A stretch of DNA of 47,187 nt from Elusimicrobiota bacterium (GCA_043819795.1 JBDREN010000197.1:1-47187); one strand, 5' to 3'. Positions 9,531-20,933 are shown, numbered from the stretch's first letter. Numbers and translations are program-made. The notes: generated by a model not told the origin, from the sequence alone.

Positions 9531-11677
9531 GGCTCGCCTCGGGCCCCGGCGCGGTGCCGGGCGCGGCGGGAGAAGGAGCGGACGCCGGCGTCTTCGGGGC
9601 GCATACGGGACGCCTCCTCGAACATGGCGGCCGCCAGGTCCCACCGCTGCTGCGTCCAATAGAGCGCCCCGAGATTGTAATGCGCCTGGAACGACTCCGG
9701 GGCGATCTCCAGGCCACGCCGGTAGGTCTGCTCGGCGTCCCGCAGGCGGTCCTGCTTCTCCATGGCGACTCCGAGATTGAGCCAGGTGTCGGCGTTGTCC
9801 GGCTGTCGTCCGGCCGCGAAACGGTACGCCCGCTCGGCGACCTTCCAGTCTCCCGCGCGCGAGGACCGATACCCCACCCACTGGGCCACCTGCGCGGCGG
9901 TGCTCCCGATCCACCGGACGTCCGGACCGACGGCGGCGGCCAGGCGAAGACGCATGAGCGCCGACCCGAACGCGCCCCGCGCCGCGTCGGCGGCCGCCCG
10001 CATGGTCGGATAAACGGGTATGAGAGCGCGGTAACGATAGTGAGAAAGAGCGCGCTCGGCGGAAAAGCGCCTCGGGTACACCGCCCACAGCGCCCGGCCG
10101 TGCGCCGCCTCAACCAGCTCCCGCCGCCCTCCCGCACGAGCGGAGCCCACCTGCCGCAAGAGCCCGCTCAGGGGAAGCTCGAAGCCGGGCAGAACGCCGT
10201 CGTTGAGCGTGGAATAGAAGGTAGGCCGCGCGCGCGCGGCAGCCGCTTCGATGTCGCGGCGGCGCTCCTCCTTGCGGTCCTTCGCGAGGCGGCGGAAGTC
10301 GGCGCCGTAGATATTGGGGAACACGAGCCCGCCGCGATCGTGGACCTCGAGGTCGGGCCGGCGCCTCTCCGCGTAGAGGAGGTAGGCGAGCGTGTAGAAG
10401 GTGTCGTCGCCGCCGTCGATGAACAATAGCGCGCCGCGCGGCAGCGAGCGCAGGAGGTTCCGGCCGTAGTCGTCGGCCGCCAGGTCCCAACGCTGGCCCC
10501 AGGCCGGGGCCGTGCGGACCGCGGAGACCGCCGGCACCAGAAGCAACGCGAGAGCGGCGGCGCGCCCCCCGCGTCCCAAGGAGGCCAGCCACCCGGCCCC
10601 CGCCGCCAGCAGCCACGCGACGCCGAACCACGAGAGCAGGTGGAAGCGCTCCAAAGCTCCCGTCGTCTGCGCGTCGAAAGGGGGGTTGCCGAGCCACAGG
10701 AACCCCGGCCCCGCGAGGACCGCCAGCCACACCGGAAGCCGCCAGGTGACCGACGGGCCTTCCCGGGCGCGGAAACGGTAGGAGGCCACGCCCAGCAGCG
10801 CCAGAGCGAGGCCGAACGGACCGAGTCCCGCGTAAAGGGTCCCGAGATACCGCGCCGTCTGGGACCAGAGGCCCGCCCACCGCCCGCTGGAGGCCCCCTC
10901 GACGGTCAGGGAGAAGGATCCGTAGTCCCGACGCAACAGGACGTGCAGCAAAGACGGCAGGTCCGCGGGATGTCCCCAATCCAGGGGGGGGAACGCTCGC
11001 GCGCGGATCGGGAGGTACAGGTACGCAGTGAGCCCCGCCAAGGCGAACGCGACCATCAGGGCCAGCCCACGCGCGGCCCGCGCCGCCCAACAAGGACGCG
11101 CCTCGGATTCGGCTCCGGGCCCGGCGGCGGCGCGCCGCGCGTGGAACCACCCCGCCGCCAGCAAGGCGGGGACCGCGAGCACGAGGGTGTGATGATTGGC
11201 CCCGCCCAGACCCAGGCAGAGCCCCAGCGCCGCCATCGGCCGCGCGTCGAAGAAGCGGTCCCGGTAGCGGACGAATATCCAGAGCCCCGCGGCCGCGAAC
11301 AGGCCGTTGAGCGCGAAGACCTCCGTTTGGAGCGACGTGTGCAACCACAGGGGGCTGAGGCCCAGGAACAGCACTCCTGCCGCGGCGCCCACCCGCGGGA
11401 TGCGCGCGCGTCTCAAGGCGTCGAATAGGATCGCGAGAGCCGCGGCCGCGCATAGGACAGATAGGAGGTTGACCCGATAGCCCCAGGCGGCCCACGGGAG
11501 CGCGGCTCCGAGCGCCCGGCCAGTCAGGCAGAACAGGGGGTAGCCCGGGGCGTGCGGGATGGAGAGCGTCGCGGCGGCCGCTATGAGCTCGCCGGAGTCG
11601 CCGAAGCTCACCGAAGGGCCCATCCCGAAGATCCCCAACCCGGCGAACGCCGCGAAGATGATGCCCGCGTCCCTCAT
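9527..11677 (-). CDS. Second DUF2723 / TMEM260-like glycosyltransferase with C-terminal TPRs
   Basis: GDSGELIAAAATLSIPHAPGYPLF, GGANHHT, YLYLPIRA, LDWGHP; TPRs WLNLGVA and AHYNLGALY; start could alternatively be 11773. Confidence 0.85.
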   Translation of the reverse strand: MRDAGIIFAAFAGLGIFGMGPSVSFGDSGELIAAAATLSIPHAPGYPLFCLTGRALGAALPWAAWGYRVNLLSVLCAAAALAILFDALRRARIPRVGAAAGVLFLGLSPLWLHTSLQTEVFALNGLFAAAGLWIFVRYRDRFFDARPMAALGLCLGLGGANHHTLVLAVPALLAAGWFHARRAAAGPGAESEARPCWAARAARGLALMVAFALAGLTAYLYLPIRARAFPPLDWGHPADLPSLLHVLLRRDYGSFSLTVEGASSGRWAGLWSQTARYLGTLYAGLGPFGLALALLGVASYRFRAREGPSVTWRLPVWLAVLAGPGFLWLGNPPFDAQTTGALERFHLLSWFGVAWLLAAGAGWLASLGRGGRAAALALLLVPAVSAVRTAPAWGQRWDLAADDYGRNLLRSLPRGALLFIDGGDDTFYTLAYLLYAERRRPDLEVHDRGGLVFPNIYGADFRRLAKDRKEERRRDIEAAAARARPTFYSTLNDGVLPGFELPLSGLLRQVGSARAGGRRELVEAAHGRALWAVYPRRFSAERALSHYRYRALIPVYPTMRAAADAARGAFGSALMRLRLAAAVGPDVRWIGSTAAQVAQWVGYRSSRAGDWKVAERAYRFAAGRQPDNADTWLNLGVAMEKQDRLRDAEQTYRRGLEIAPESFQAHYNLGALYWTQQRWDLAAAMFEEASRMRPEDAGVRSFSRRARHRAGARGEP

Positions 11678-11680
11678 ACC

Positions 11681-11768
11681 CGCATCCCTCCCCCACGGGG
11701 AGGGATGCGCTTCGTAGTGGGGGCTGATCTCACTCCCTCTCCCCGCGGGAGAGGGCCGGGGTGTGGGG
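11681..11768. repeat. Pair of REP-like GC-rich hairpins
   Basis: CGCATCCCTCCCC-cac-GGGGAGGGATGCG (13-bp perfect stem, 11681-11709) and CCCTCTCCC-cgc-GGGAGAGGG (11735-11755). Confidence 0.65.
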
Positions 11769-11807
11769 CTCATCCTTGTCGCCGTAAGTATCCGCGTTCC
11801 TTCTTTC

Positions 11808-14015
11808 TTAGAGGTATCCCAGCCTTCTTCTCATCAGCCATTCGAGCAGCAGCACTCCGGCGAGGGCCCAGAGCCACCCGCTCCACGCCCAGACATGCCT
11901 GCGCCCGCGCACGGTCCGCTCCCGACGCACCGGCGGCAGCGTATCGAGCCAGGCCCCGAGCTCGGCGTCGTCATCGGCAAGGTGCAGGTCGGAGTAGCGC
12001 CCGCCCGTCCTTTCGGCCAGCTCCTTGAGGCGCCTGCGGTTCAACGGGGCCTCGCCGCCCGCCGCCTCCCAGCGGAAGCCCGCCACGTCCTCGCCCCAGA
12101 ACTGCCCGCGGTAGCGAGCGACCGCCCGCACCCGGTGCGCGCCCTCGGCTAGGTCCGTGAGCTCCACTTGGAACACTCCCGGCTCGCGCTCGAAGAAAGC
12201 CGGAGTCTTCGACGCACCGTCGGGTCCCGTCCAGACGAGGCGCAGGTCCACGTCCTCTCCCGAGACCGCCCGGAAATGCTCGTCGAAGACGTGGAGCGAT
12301 AGCACGGCCGGCTCCCGCGCGGGCATGCGGTCGGGAAGGGGGCTGAACTTGACCTTCTTGAGCTCGAGGCTCCCGGTCAGGTATTGGACCGCCCGGCTCC
12401 AGAAGCGGCCGAAGAACGAGGATATCTTCCAGTTGCGCCCGCCGCCCAGCTTCCATCGCCACGTGGACTCGGTTCCGACGAGCATCACCTTGCCGCGCCC
12501 GAACTCGCGGACCGCTATGACGGGCAGCGGCTGGCCCGAGGACGTCTTCTCGGTCGGGTGGGCAAGCAGCACGCTCGCTCCGGGACGCACCGCCGAGAAT
12601 CGGGTGAACCCGTCGAGCGGCGGCAGCACGCTCCAAAGCTCGGCGGTCGCTTCGGGAGAGTCCCCGAGTTGGAGGAGCGGATGCCGCGGCGACGCCACGG
12701 TCGGACGGAACACCCCAGGCACGAAATCGTCGGACTTCGTCAGGAGCGTGACCGGCAGGGTCTCCTCCAAGGGCGTCCCCTGGTAGCCGCCCTTGGTGAA
12801 GGCGTTGGAGCCTCCGATCACGAGCAGCGCGCCGCCCTGCGCGACGAAGCGTTTGAGATTCTGGAGGTACACCTTGGGGAGGTTGAAGCGCCAGAAGGCG
12901 AAGTTTTCGAGGATGAAGAGGTCGAACTGGAACAGGTTCTTGACGAAGATCTCGGTCGCCGGGAAGGGGATCAGCGACAGCTCGCTGTCGGGCACCGGGC
13001 TGACGTCCTCCGGGTTGCGGAGGATCACGAAGGAAACGAGCTCGTGGTTCGGATCGCCCTTGAGCTGGGCCCGCAGCTGAGAGTACTCGAAGCTCGGCCT
13101 TCCGGCCAGGTACATGATCCGGTATTTCTGGCGGATGACCTCGACGCCGAAGTCGCGCGCGCTCTTGACCCGGTCGCCCGCGTCGCCCGCGTCCACTTCG
13201 AAGCGGTACTCCTGCCGCCCGAGCGCGTCCGCCTCGACGGTGAAGGTGGCCCGGATCATCTCGTAGGGGCGCGTCACCGCAAACGACTTCTCTCCGACCA
13301 GGACCCCGCCCTTCCGGAGACGCAGGCGCACCTCGCCTCCCTCCAGCCTGTGTGCCTCGACGGCCGCCGAAACGGGGAAGCGGCTGTGGATGAATACGAA
13401 ATCCGGGGATTGGAGCGCGGTGAGGCCCACGGACCGGCGGACCTCCAGGGGCCCCACGCCGAACGCGTCGACCGGAGCGCCTACGCGGGCCAAGACGGGC
13501 TCGAGCTCCTCGCCGGACTCGAAGGCCCCGTCGGAGAGCAGCCAGACGCGCGCGACCGGCGGTCCCGCGTTCGTCACGTCCGAGAAGACCGACGCCGGAT
13601 CCAGAGCGGAGGGCTCGGGCTCGAGCCCGTCCAACTCTTCCCAGGGGACGCGGCGCGCCCCGCCCGACGCCCCGAAAAGAACGGGCTCCGCGCGCTCTTC
13701 GATGAGGCGGCGGTGGCGCTTGAGCCAGCGTACGGCCCGCGCGAGGCGGGGGACGCCGCGGTCGTCGGCCGAGCGCATGCTGGGACCCTGATCGATGACG
13801 ACCGCCACGCGGGGCCGCGCGACGCGATCGGACAGCAGGTGAACGACCGGTTTGAGGATCGCCCCGGCCAGCAGCAGCATCGCCAGCAGGCGCAGCGCCG
13901 CCAGCGAGCGCGGCAGGCGGCGCAGCGTCGGCCAAAGGGCCCCCAGGGCCGCCGTGGCGGCGGCCGCCAGGGCCCACTCGAGGGGGCCCGACTCCAGGAC
14001 GATGCCGTAGTTCAA
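11808..14015 (-). CDS. Membrane-anchored vWA-like / class I glutamine amidotransferase-like (DUF1355-type) protein
   Basis: N- and C-terminal TM helices, VVIDQGPSM, LLSDG, IPFPATEIF, GGALLVIGGSNAF, GRGKV...TWRW, LLEWLMRRR; typical member of MoxR clusters. Confidence 0.75.
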   Translation of the reverse strand: MNYGIVLESGPLEWALAAAATAALGALWPTLRRLPRSLAALRLLAMLLLAGAILKPVVHLLSDRVARPRVAVVIDQGPSMRSADDRGVPRLARAVRWLKRHRRLIEERAEPVLFGASGGARRVPWEELDGLEPEPSALDPASVFSDVTNAGPPVARVWLLSDGAFESGEELEPVLARVGAPVDAFGVGPLEVRRSVGLTALQSPDFVFIHSRFPVSAAVEAHRLEGGEVRLRLRKGGVLVGEKSFAVTRPYEMIRATFTVEADALGRQEYRFEVDAGDAGDRVKSARDFGVEVIRQKYRIMYLAGRPSFEYSQLRAQLKGDPNHELVSFVILRNPEDVSPVPDSELSLIPFPATEIFVKNLFQFDLFILENFAFWRFNLPKVYLQNLKRFVAQGGALLVIGGSNAFTKGGYQGTPLEETLPVTLLTKSDDFVPGVFRPTVASPRHPLLQLGDSPEATAELWSVLPPLDGFTRFSAVRPGASVLLAHPTEKTSSGQPLPVIAVREFGRGKVMLVGTESTWRWKLGGGRNWKISSFFGRFWSRAVQYLTGSLELKKVKFSPLPDRMPAREPAVLSLHVFDEHFRAVSGEDVDLRLVWTGPDGASKTPAFFEREPGVFQVELTDLAEGAHRVRAVARYRGQFWGEDVAGFRWEAAGGEAPLNRRRLKELAERTGGRYSDLHLADDDAELGAWLDTLPPVRRERTVRGRRHVWAWSGWLWALAGVLLLEWLMRRRLGYL

Positions 14016-14758
14016 GGGTTCCCCGAGCGCATCTTCTGCAGGATGAACGGCTGATGCACGGCGTCCGACTTATAGGTCCCGGTGAGCGCGTACATCACGA
14101 TATTGAGCGTGAGCTTGCGCGCCTGCATCCGCTGCCGCTCGCCGCCCGGCACGCACTCGTAGAGGTAGTTGCCGAGCGGATCCTTCGCCCAGGCGCCGAG
14201 CAGGTCGTTGCGGGAATAGACCACGACCGTCTTGCCGGCCCAGTCCACGCCCTCGACCGAGCCGGAGACCTTGACCCGGCCGCCGATGCTGCGCATCAGG
14301 AAGAACGTCTTGAAGAGCACGTGGTCGGCCGGCAGCGGCTTGAGATCCGAATCCGGGAGCACGTCGCGCAGAGTCCGGCGTACCCACGCGTCGAAGGGCC
14401 CCGAGACCAGGCCGGAGGCGTCCTCGATCCACAGGAAGCCCCCCGAGGTCAAGTAGTCGCGCAGGTGCCCGATCTCATCGTCGTCGAGGCCCGGAGGCGC
14501 CTGCTTGCCGCCCAGCAGGAGGAACGGCGACGAGAAGAGCTCCGGGTCCTTGAGCGTCAGCACGCGCCGCTCGGGAGCGGCGAGGACGCTCGTGACGTCG
14601 GCGACGAACTTGAGCGCTTCCGCATGCACGCCCGGGTACGGGTCCCAGGCGCCCGTGTAGCGCAGTTGGGTCCAAACGAAGAGGTCCCCCAGCTGCGCCG
14701 CGGCCGGCCCGGCTACAAGCCAGAGAGCGAGCGCGAGAGGGAAGGCGCGCGTCCTCAC
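14012..14758 (-). CDS. DUF4159 domain protein
   Basis: GTG start overlapping the upstream stop; signal peptide; LRDYLTSGGFLWIED, LPADHVLFKTFF, NIVMYALTGTYKSDAVH. Confidence 0.85.
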   Translation of the reverse strand: MRTRAFPLALALWLVAGPAAAQLGDLFVWTQLRYTGAWDPYPGVHAEALKFVADVTSVLAAPERRVLTLKDPELFSSPFLLLGGKQAPPGLDDDEIGHLRDYLTSGGFLWIEDASGLVSGPFDAWVRRTLRDVLPDSDLKPLPADHVLFKTFFLMRSIGGRVKVSGSVEGVDWAGKTVVVYSRNDLLGAWAKDPLGNYLYECVPGGERQRMQARKLTLNIVMYALTGTYKSDAVHQPFILQKMRSGNP

Positions 14759-17097
14759 GCGGCCCCTCCGGCGGACGAGGCCGTCCCCGCCGCGACCGCC
14801 GTCTCCGGCGGCCTGCCCGCCGTGCCCCCTCCGGCGAGGCGCGGCGGAGCGGGCAAGTCCGCGCCGCGATGGCGCGGCCTGCAGAGAAACGCCTCCATGA
14901 CGAGCAGAACGAGCACCAGGGCCAGCGCGCCCGTGCGGACCTCGCGCCCGTAGACCGAGCGAAGGAAGTCCTCGCGGAGCGCGTCCGGCCGCAGAGATGT
15001 CCAGGGCGGCTTGCTCACCGGCGCGAGGTCTCCCTCCGGGCCGGTCCGGTCCAGGTTCACCGCGAATGCCTCCGGGCTCGCGTCCGCGCCCCATCGCCCC
15101 TCCTGCCGCTGCGCCGAAGAGCCGGGCTCCCGCCCCGTATCGGTCCCGCCCATCGGCCGCAGGAAGTACATCCCCGGCTCGCGCGTGTCCTGGTACTCGA
15201 GCCTCCGGTCGCGGACGATCAGGACCGCCCGCCGGCCGCCGGGCCCGCGGACCTGCGCCCTCGGCGGAGCCGCCTCGCCGGAAGCCCAGACCCGGACGAT
15301 CGGCTCTCCGACGGAAAGCGTCCGCCACTTCTGCCGGCCGGAATAGCGCGAAAGCCACCGCAGGCCGACGTCCACCCAGGCCGTGAACACGGGCTTGAGC
15401 GCGAGGTTCGACCATCCGATATCGAGCGACGACGCCCACAGCAGGACCCGTCCCTGACCGAACTCGCCGGCGAGCATCAGCGGCCGGCCCGAGCCGTCCC
15501 GGAACCATATCGAGGCTCCCGGGCCGGAGCTGAGCCGATATCGGCGCTCGATCGACACGTTCCTCAGCTCGAACTCGTTCCAGGCGAAGGACAGCCCCTC
15601 CACCGTCCTCTGCGGGGAGCCCTCGCCCGCCTGGGAGGGGACGCTTCCCGTCCCGCTCAGCGGGACCGCGGAACCGGGCACCTTCGCCGGCACCAGGACG
15701 GAGGTCCGCGTCGCGCGGCTCTCCGCCGGGCCCAGGCGGCCCGGAAGGAGCCGGCGCAAGGGATGGTAGGTGTCGGGCTCGGCCCGCGTGCCGGCCAGCA
15801 GCCACAGTCCCCCGCCGCGGACCACGTAGCGTTCGAGCGCCTCCGGCATCCCGGAGGGCATGCGGCGGAAATCGGCCAGAATCACCGCGCCGTACTCCTC
15901 GAGACGGACCTGGTCCAGGCGGCCGAGGTCCGCCACGTCGAGCTGATACGGAAGACGCTCCCCCTCGGATAGGAGCTTCTTCAGGAAGTAGCCGCCGCGG
16001 CCGGCCTCCAGGTACCGGGGGCTGCCGTAGAGCAGAAGGACCTTCGGCTTGGGCTGCACGCGCAGCGAAAAATAGTAGACATCGTCGGGCTGGAGCGCGT
16101 CGCGGCGCAGCTCCAGGCGTCCCCAGTGCTCCTCGCTCCTTCCGGGGGGAAGCCGGAACGTGAGAGGTGCGCCGAGCCCCGGATCGAGCTTCAGGCCCCG
16201 GCTGTCCACGCGCCGGTCGCGGACCCAAAGGTCCATATGTCCCGCGCGACGCTCGCCCGCGAACAGGGCGGTCCGAACCGAGAGATCCGTCCGCTCGGCC
16301 GCGCCGCGGGGAGTCCCCTCGGCGCGGCGAAGCGCGGCCGTCACGCTCGCCGGAGCCGGCCTCACCTCCTGGATACCGGCGTTGTCCGGATGGTCCTCGA
16401 ACCCCAAGCCCAGGAGAAGCACTTCCGCGTCGTAGCCGGTTAGCGCGGCCACCCCTTTGTCGGACAGGGCACGGAAGGCGTGCCCGGCGTTGTCCGAGAG
16501 GACCACTACCACCCGGCGCCGCAGGCTCCCGGGCTCGCGCTCGGCCAGGTGGGCGTAGGCCGACCGCAGAGCCGGCCCGACGTCGGTGTTGCGGTTCCCG
16601 ACCCGGTGCCGGGACAAAGCCTCCCGCGCGGCCGGGAGGCTTTCCGCCCAGGCCAACGCTCCCTCGATCCTGTCCGAGAAGGCGGCGACAGCCACCCGGT
16701 CGGCGGGCCGCAGGAGCCCGATCAGGAGCGAGCCCGCCGCCGCCGCCCATTGGAGCCGCGACTTCCCGCGGACCACGGCCGCCATCGACCAGGAGGTGTC
16801 GAGCAGGATCACGACGTCCAGCCCCTCCTCCGAGCCGCCGGCCGCCGCGGCGCGCCGATGGAGGACCGGACGGGCGAAGGCGAGCACGATCCCTGCGAGG
16901 ATGAGGCAGCGGACGAGCATCAAAAGCCATTGTCTCAGCCGCGTGGCGGGCAGGGTCCGGGCGTAGGCCGCCCGGAGCAGCGTCAGATCGCTAAACGGCA
17001 TCCGGCGCGCGCGCCGGAGAAAGATCAGGTGCAGCACGACGGGCGCGGCCGCCAGGGGGAGAGCCCACAGGAGCGCCGGGTTCAGAAAGGACATCAT
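14755..17097 (-). CDS. BatA-type N-terminal + vWA domain membrane protein
   Basis: MSFLNPALLWALPLAAAPVVLHL...LAFARP; vWA MIDAS-like LLDTSWSM; VVVLSD; C-terminal TM helix. Confidence 0.87.
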   Translation of the reverse strand: MMSFLNPALLWALPLAAAPVVLHLIFLRRARRMPFSDLTLLRAAYARTLPATRLRQWLLMLVRCLILAGIVLAFARPVLHRRAAAAGGSEEGLDVVILLDTSWSMAAVVRGKSRLQWAAAAGSLLIGLLRPADRVAVAAFSDRIEGALAWAESLPAAREALSRHRVGNRNTDVGPALRSAYAHLAEREPGSLRRRVVVVLSDNAGHAFRALSDKGVAALTGYDAEVLLLGLGFEDHPDNAGIQEVRPAPASVTAALRRAEGTPRGAAERTDLSVRTALFAGERRAGHMDLWVRDRRVDSRGLKLDPGLGAPLTFRLPPGRSEEHWGRLELRRDALQPDDVYYFSLRVQPKPKVLLLYGSPRYLEAGRGGYFLKKLLSEGERLPYQLDVADLGRLDQVRLEEYGAVILADFRRMPSGMPEALERYVVRGGGLWLLAGTRAEPDTYHPLRRLLPGRLGPAESRATRTSVLVPAKVPGSAVPLSGTGSVPSQAGEGSPQRTVEGLSFAWNEFELRNVSIERRYRLSSGPGASIWFRDGSGRPLMLAGEFGQGRVLLWASSLDIGWSNLALKPVFTAWVDVGLRWLSRYSGRQKWRTLSVGEPIVRVWASGEAAPPRAQVRGPGGRRAVLIVRDRRLEYQDTREPGMYFLRPMGGTDTGREPGSSAQRQEGRWGADASPEAFAVNLDRTGPEGDLAPVSKPPWTSLRPDALREDFLRSVYGREVRTGALALVLVLLVMEAFLCRPRHRGADLPAPPRLAGGGTAGRPPETAVAAGTASSAGGAA

Positions 17098-17101
17098 GAC
17101 G

Positions 17102-17988
17102 CTAACCTATAGCCCGCTGCCGCGCCAGGAAACGCGCGAGCGTGGGGTCCCAAGGGGCGTCCGTATAGAACACGCAGTAGTGGATGCCTGAGCCGTGGAA
17201 GGAAGCCTGATAGAGCCTCTGCTGGCGCTCGAAGGCCTCGCGGTAGGCCCTGCGCAGCAGGGCCGCCTCGCAGCGCAGCGTGCCGTCCCCTTCCATCGCC
17301 TCGAAGAGGACGGGGCCGTCGAGGTCCAGGTCCCGTTCGGTCGGGTCGAGCACCTGCATGACGAGGATGCGGTGCTTGCGCGCCTGGAACGCCTTCACCG
17401 TCTCGAGGATGCGCTTCGCGTCTCCGAGGAGGTCCGAGACGATCACGATCAGCGAGCGCCGCGGGATCGAGCCGACGATGCGGCGCAGGACACGGCCCAG
17501 GTCGGTCTCTCCTCCCGGACGCGTGCGGTCCAGGACGCCGTCCATGAGCTCCAGGTGCGCCAGGCGCTGGCGCGGGGGCAGGAAGTCCCGCCGCCCGGTG
17601 TCGAAAGTAAGCAGCCCCGCCGCGTCGCCCCGGGCGAGGACCAGGTAGGCCATGCACATCGACAGCCTGCAGGCGAGCTCCCACTTGGGCTCGGGCCCCG
17701 CGCCCCGGTAGCCCATCGATCCCGAGGCGTCGAGCATCAGGTATGTCTTGAGGCTCTTCTCCTCCTGGAACTCTTTGATGAAGAACCGGTCCTTGCGCGC
17801 GTAGACCTTCCAGTCGATGTGTTTGACCTCGTCTCCCGGGACGTATGTCCGGTGCTCGGCGAACTCCTGAGAGAAACCCCGGCGGGCGCTGCTGTGCCGG
17901 CCGGTGAGGTGTCCCTCGACGATATGCCGGCGCAGGTCGAATTTGAGGTTCTTGAGCCTCGCCAGGACGACGGGATCGAGGTACCGCA

Positions 17989-17989
<1 letters not shown>
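17102..17989 (-). CDS. DUF58 domain protein
   Basis: EFAEHRTYVPGDEVKHIDWKVYAR, LDASGSM, VSDL motifs; adjacent to MoxR. Confidence 0.92.
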
Positions 17990-18975
<986 letters not shown>

Positions 18976-19042
18976 GGTGTTTAGTGGGAATGATAACAAA
19001 GATTGACGGGATATGGCGAATCGCCCCACCCTTGTCCGCGCC

Positions 19043-19558
19043 TCAATAGAAGCCGCGCAGGATGCCGCGGACGCGGGATCGGGGCACGAAGCGGACGGGC
19101 TCCCCGGAATCCGAGTCCCTCCAGACCGTGGAATCGTTCGACTCGTCCCGGTTGTCTCCCAGGACGAAGTAGTGGAGCTCCGGGACCTCGACGGGGCCCA
19201 TCGTGTCGCCCCGGAGGCGCTCGCGCGGGCGCGTGTGCCGCGCGTAGGGCTCCTCGACGAGCGCGCCGTCGACGAAGACCTCCTTGCGGCGCAGCTCGAC
19301 GACGTCGCCCCCGGCCGCGATCACGCGCTTCACCATCTCCTCATGGGGGGGGACCGGCGCGGAGAAGGCGATGATCTCCCCGCGACGCGGCTCCCGGAAC
19401 CGGAATGTGATCTTATCGAGGAGGACGTGCGTCCCGACGGGCAACGCAGGCTCCATGGACGCCGAGGCGATGTATATCCCCTCGAAGGCGACCAGACGGA
19501 GCGCTCCCGCGGCCACGGCGGCGATCGCGAAGAGAAAGAGAAGGCGCCGGAGGCTCAC
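19043..19558 (-). CDS. lepB: Signal peptidase I
   Basis: Catalytic Ser in SASMEPAL, Lys in MVKRVIA, GDNRDESNDS. Confidence 0.92.
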   Translation of the reverse strand: MSLRRLLFLFAIAAVAAGALRLVAFEGIYIASASMEPALPVGTHVLLDKITFRFREPRRGEIIAFSAPVPPHEEMVKRVIAAGGDVVELRRKEVFVDGALVEEPYARHTRPRERLRGDTMGPVEVPELHYFVLGDNRDESNDSTVWRDSDSGEPVRFVPRSRVRGILRGFY

Positions 19559-19565
19559 TCACGTG

Positions 19566-19594
19566 AGTGTAGCAGGCCCCCGGCGCCCTTTCAA
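19566..19594 (-). promoter_or_regulatory. sigma70 promoter of lepB (TTGAAA-17-TACACT, extended -10)
   Basis: Minus strand reads TTGAAAgggcgccgggggcctgcTACACTcacgtgaGTG; start codon 7 nt after the -10 box. Confidence 0.6.
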
Positions 19595-19607
19595 TAGCCG
19601 GATGGAC

Positions 19608-20732
19608 TCAGAACGGGATGATGAACTGCGGGCAGCCGGTCCACCCGCCCCCGTCTTGGTCGAACGGGTCCGCCGCCGGCATCGGGCGGGTGAGCTCCCC
19701 GCCGCCGTCGCAGCGGTAGACGCACACGCCGTCGCCGTAGTCCTTCAGCCAGCAGGCCTTGGATCCCGGACGGATCGTGCTTTCGGCGGCGATCGAGCCG
19801 TTGATGTGGGAGAGGAAGCCGCTCGCCAGGGAGCTCCCGCTCTGATAGGCGGCCTGGCCGGTCTTCCACCAGCCCTTCCAGGTCGGCTTCGAGACCTGCC
19901 CGATCCGCTTGAACCGCCACTTTACGTAGTAGAGCTTGCCGTCCCGGAGCTTGTGCGCGAACTCGTCGGCGAAGTCGGCGAAGTTGATCATGAAGGGCTC
20001 GCCGACGATCGGTATGTCGAGCTCCGTCTTCCAGACGGTCCCGTCGAACCAGCCGGAATGATGGCGCACGAGCCGGATCTCGAGCCCCAGGCTCTCCCCT
20101 TCATAGTAGGACGCCCAGCGGTCGCGAAGGGTGAGGGCGAAGTTCCCGGAGGCGGGGTCGAAGCCGAAGGACTCCGCGTACACGCCGGCGGGGTCCGGCT
20201 CCGAAGCGATCTTCGCGCCGGCCCGGGCTTCCACAATGTCATAGTTCCAGCCGGGGGTGTCCACCGTGTACTCGTGGGAGGCGTCGATCACGCGGGCGGA
20301 GAGCCAGTTGTCGTAGAGACACACCCGGAAGATGTCCCGCTCCCAAGGGAGCATCTCGCCGCGGCCCGAGACCCGGACCCGGACGCGACGCCGCTCGGTG
20401 CGGACCCAGTATTCGTGGCAGTCCTCGCCGCCGTCGTGGCGGGGCTGGCAGCGCTCCTCGAAGATCCTGCTCTCGAGCAGGATGCTCTCGGACGTGAGCG
20501 GATCATTGGCGGCGAACGAGAACGTCGCGCAGTCCTCTTCGGTATGATAGCGGAGGGGGCCGACATGATTCTCGGTCAACTCGGGGGCCTCCTCGGCCTC
20601 TTGACGGACCTGCTCGAGGACGCCTTTGATATCCACGCCCTGATCCAAGTCGAAGGCCGGCGTCTCGGCTGCCGCGAGCCGGACTGAAAGCAGAAGCGCG
20701 GCCACGACGGACATCGTAACGGCTTGTTTCAT
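19608..20732 (-). CDS. Secreted hypothetical protein with Cys-rich C-terminal tail
   Basis: GGAGGGA RBS, signal peptide MKQAVTMSVVAALLLSVRLAAA; no family recognised. Confidence 0.75.
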   Translation of the reverse strand: MKQAVTMSVVAALLLSVRLAAAETPAFDLDQGVDIKGVLEQVRQEAEEAPELTENHVGPLRYHTEEDCATFSFAANDPLTSESILLESRIFEERCQPRHDGGEDCHEYWVRTERRRVRVRVSGRGEMLPWERDIFRVCLYDNWLSARVIDASHEYTVDTPGWNYDIVEARAGAKIASEPDPAGVYAESFGFDPASGNFALTLRDRWASYYEGESLGLEIRLVRHHSGWFDGTVWKTELDIPIVGEPFMINFADFADEFAHKLRDGKLYYVKWRFKRIGQVSKPTWKGWWKTGQAAYQSGSSLASGFLSHINGSIAAESTIRPGSKACWLKDYGDGVCVYRCDGGGELTRPMPAADPFDQDGGGWTGCPQFIIPF

Positions 20733-20904
20733 CGCGATCCCTCCGGGTGGCGGGCTCGGAAGACCCGCTTCCCTAAAAGCGGGGACATTGTACCGCACTC
20801 GCCCTCCCGCCGCATAGGGCTGAGAGTCCCACGACAACATGGGCCCTAGGGCCCATGTTCCGGCTAGGGGGAGTTGATGACTCGAAAAATCGCGCTTCCG
20901 CGCT

Positions 20905-20933
20905 TTGCCAATGCCCGGCGGATTTGGCATAAT
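20905..20933 (+). promoter_or_regulatory. sigma70 promoter of the exbB/tolQ-like gene (TTGCCA-17-CATAAT, extended -10 TG)
   Basis: TTGCCA at 20905-20910, CATAAT at 20928-20933, ATG at 20945. Confidence 0.6.

Noticed and set aside
14759..16930. N-terminal ~720 aa of the 972-aa ORF 14012-16930
   Set aside because: Arg/Pro/Gly-rich alternate frame overlapping the BatA/vWA gene; only 14012-14758 (DUF4159) looks real
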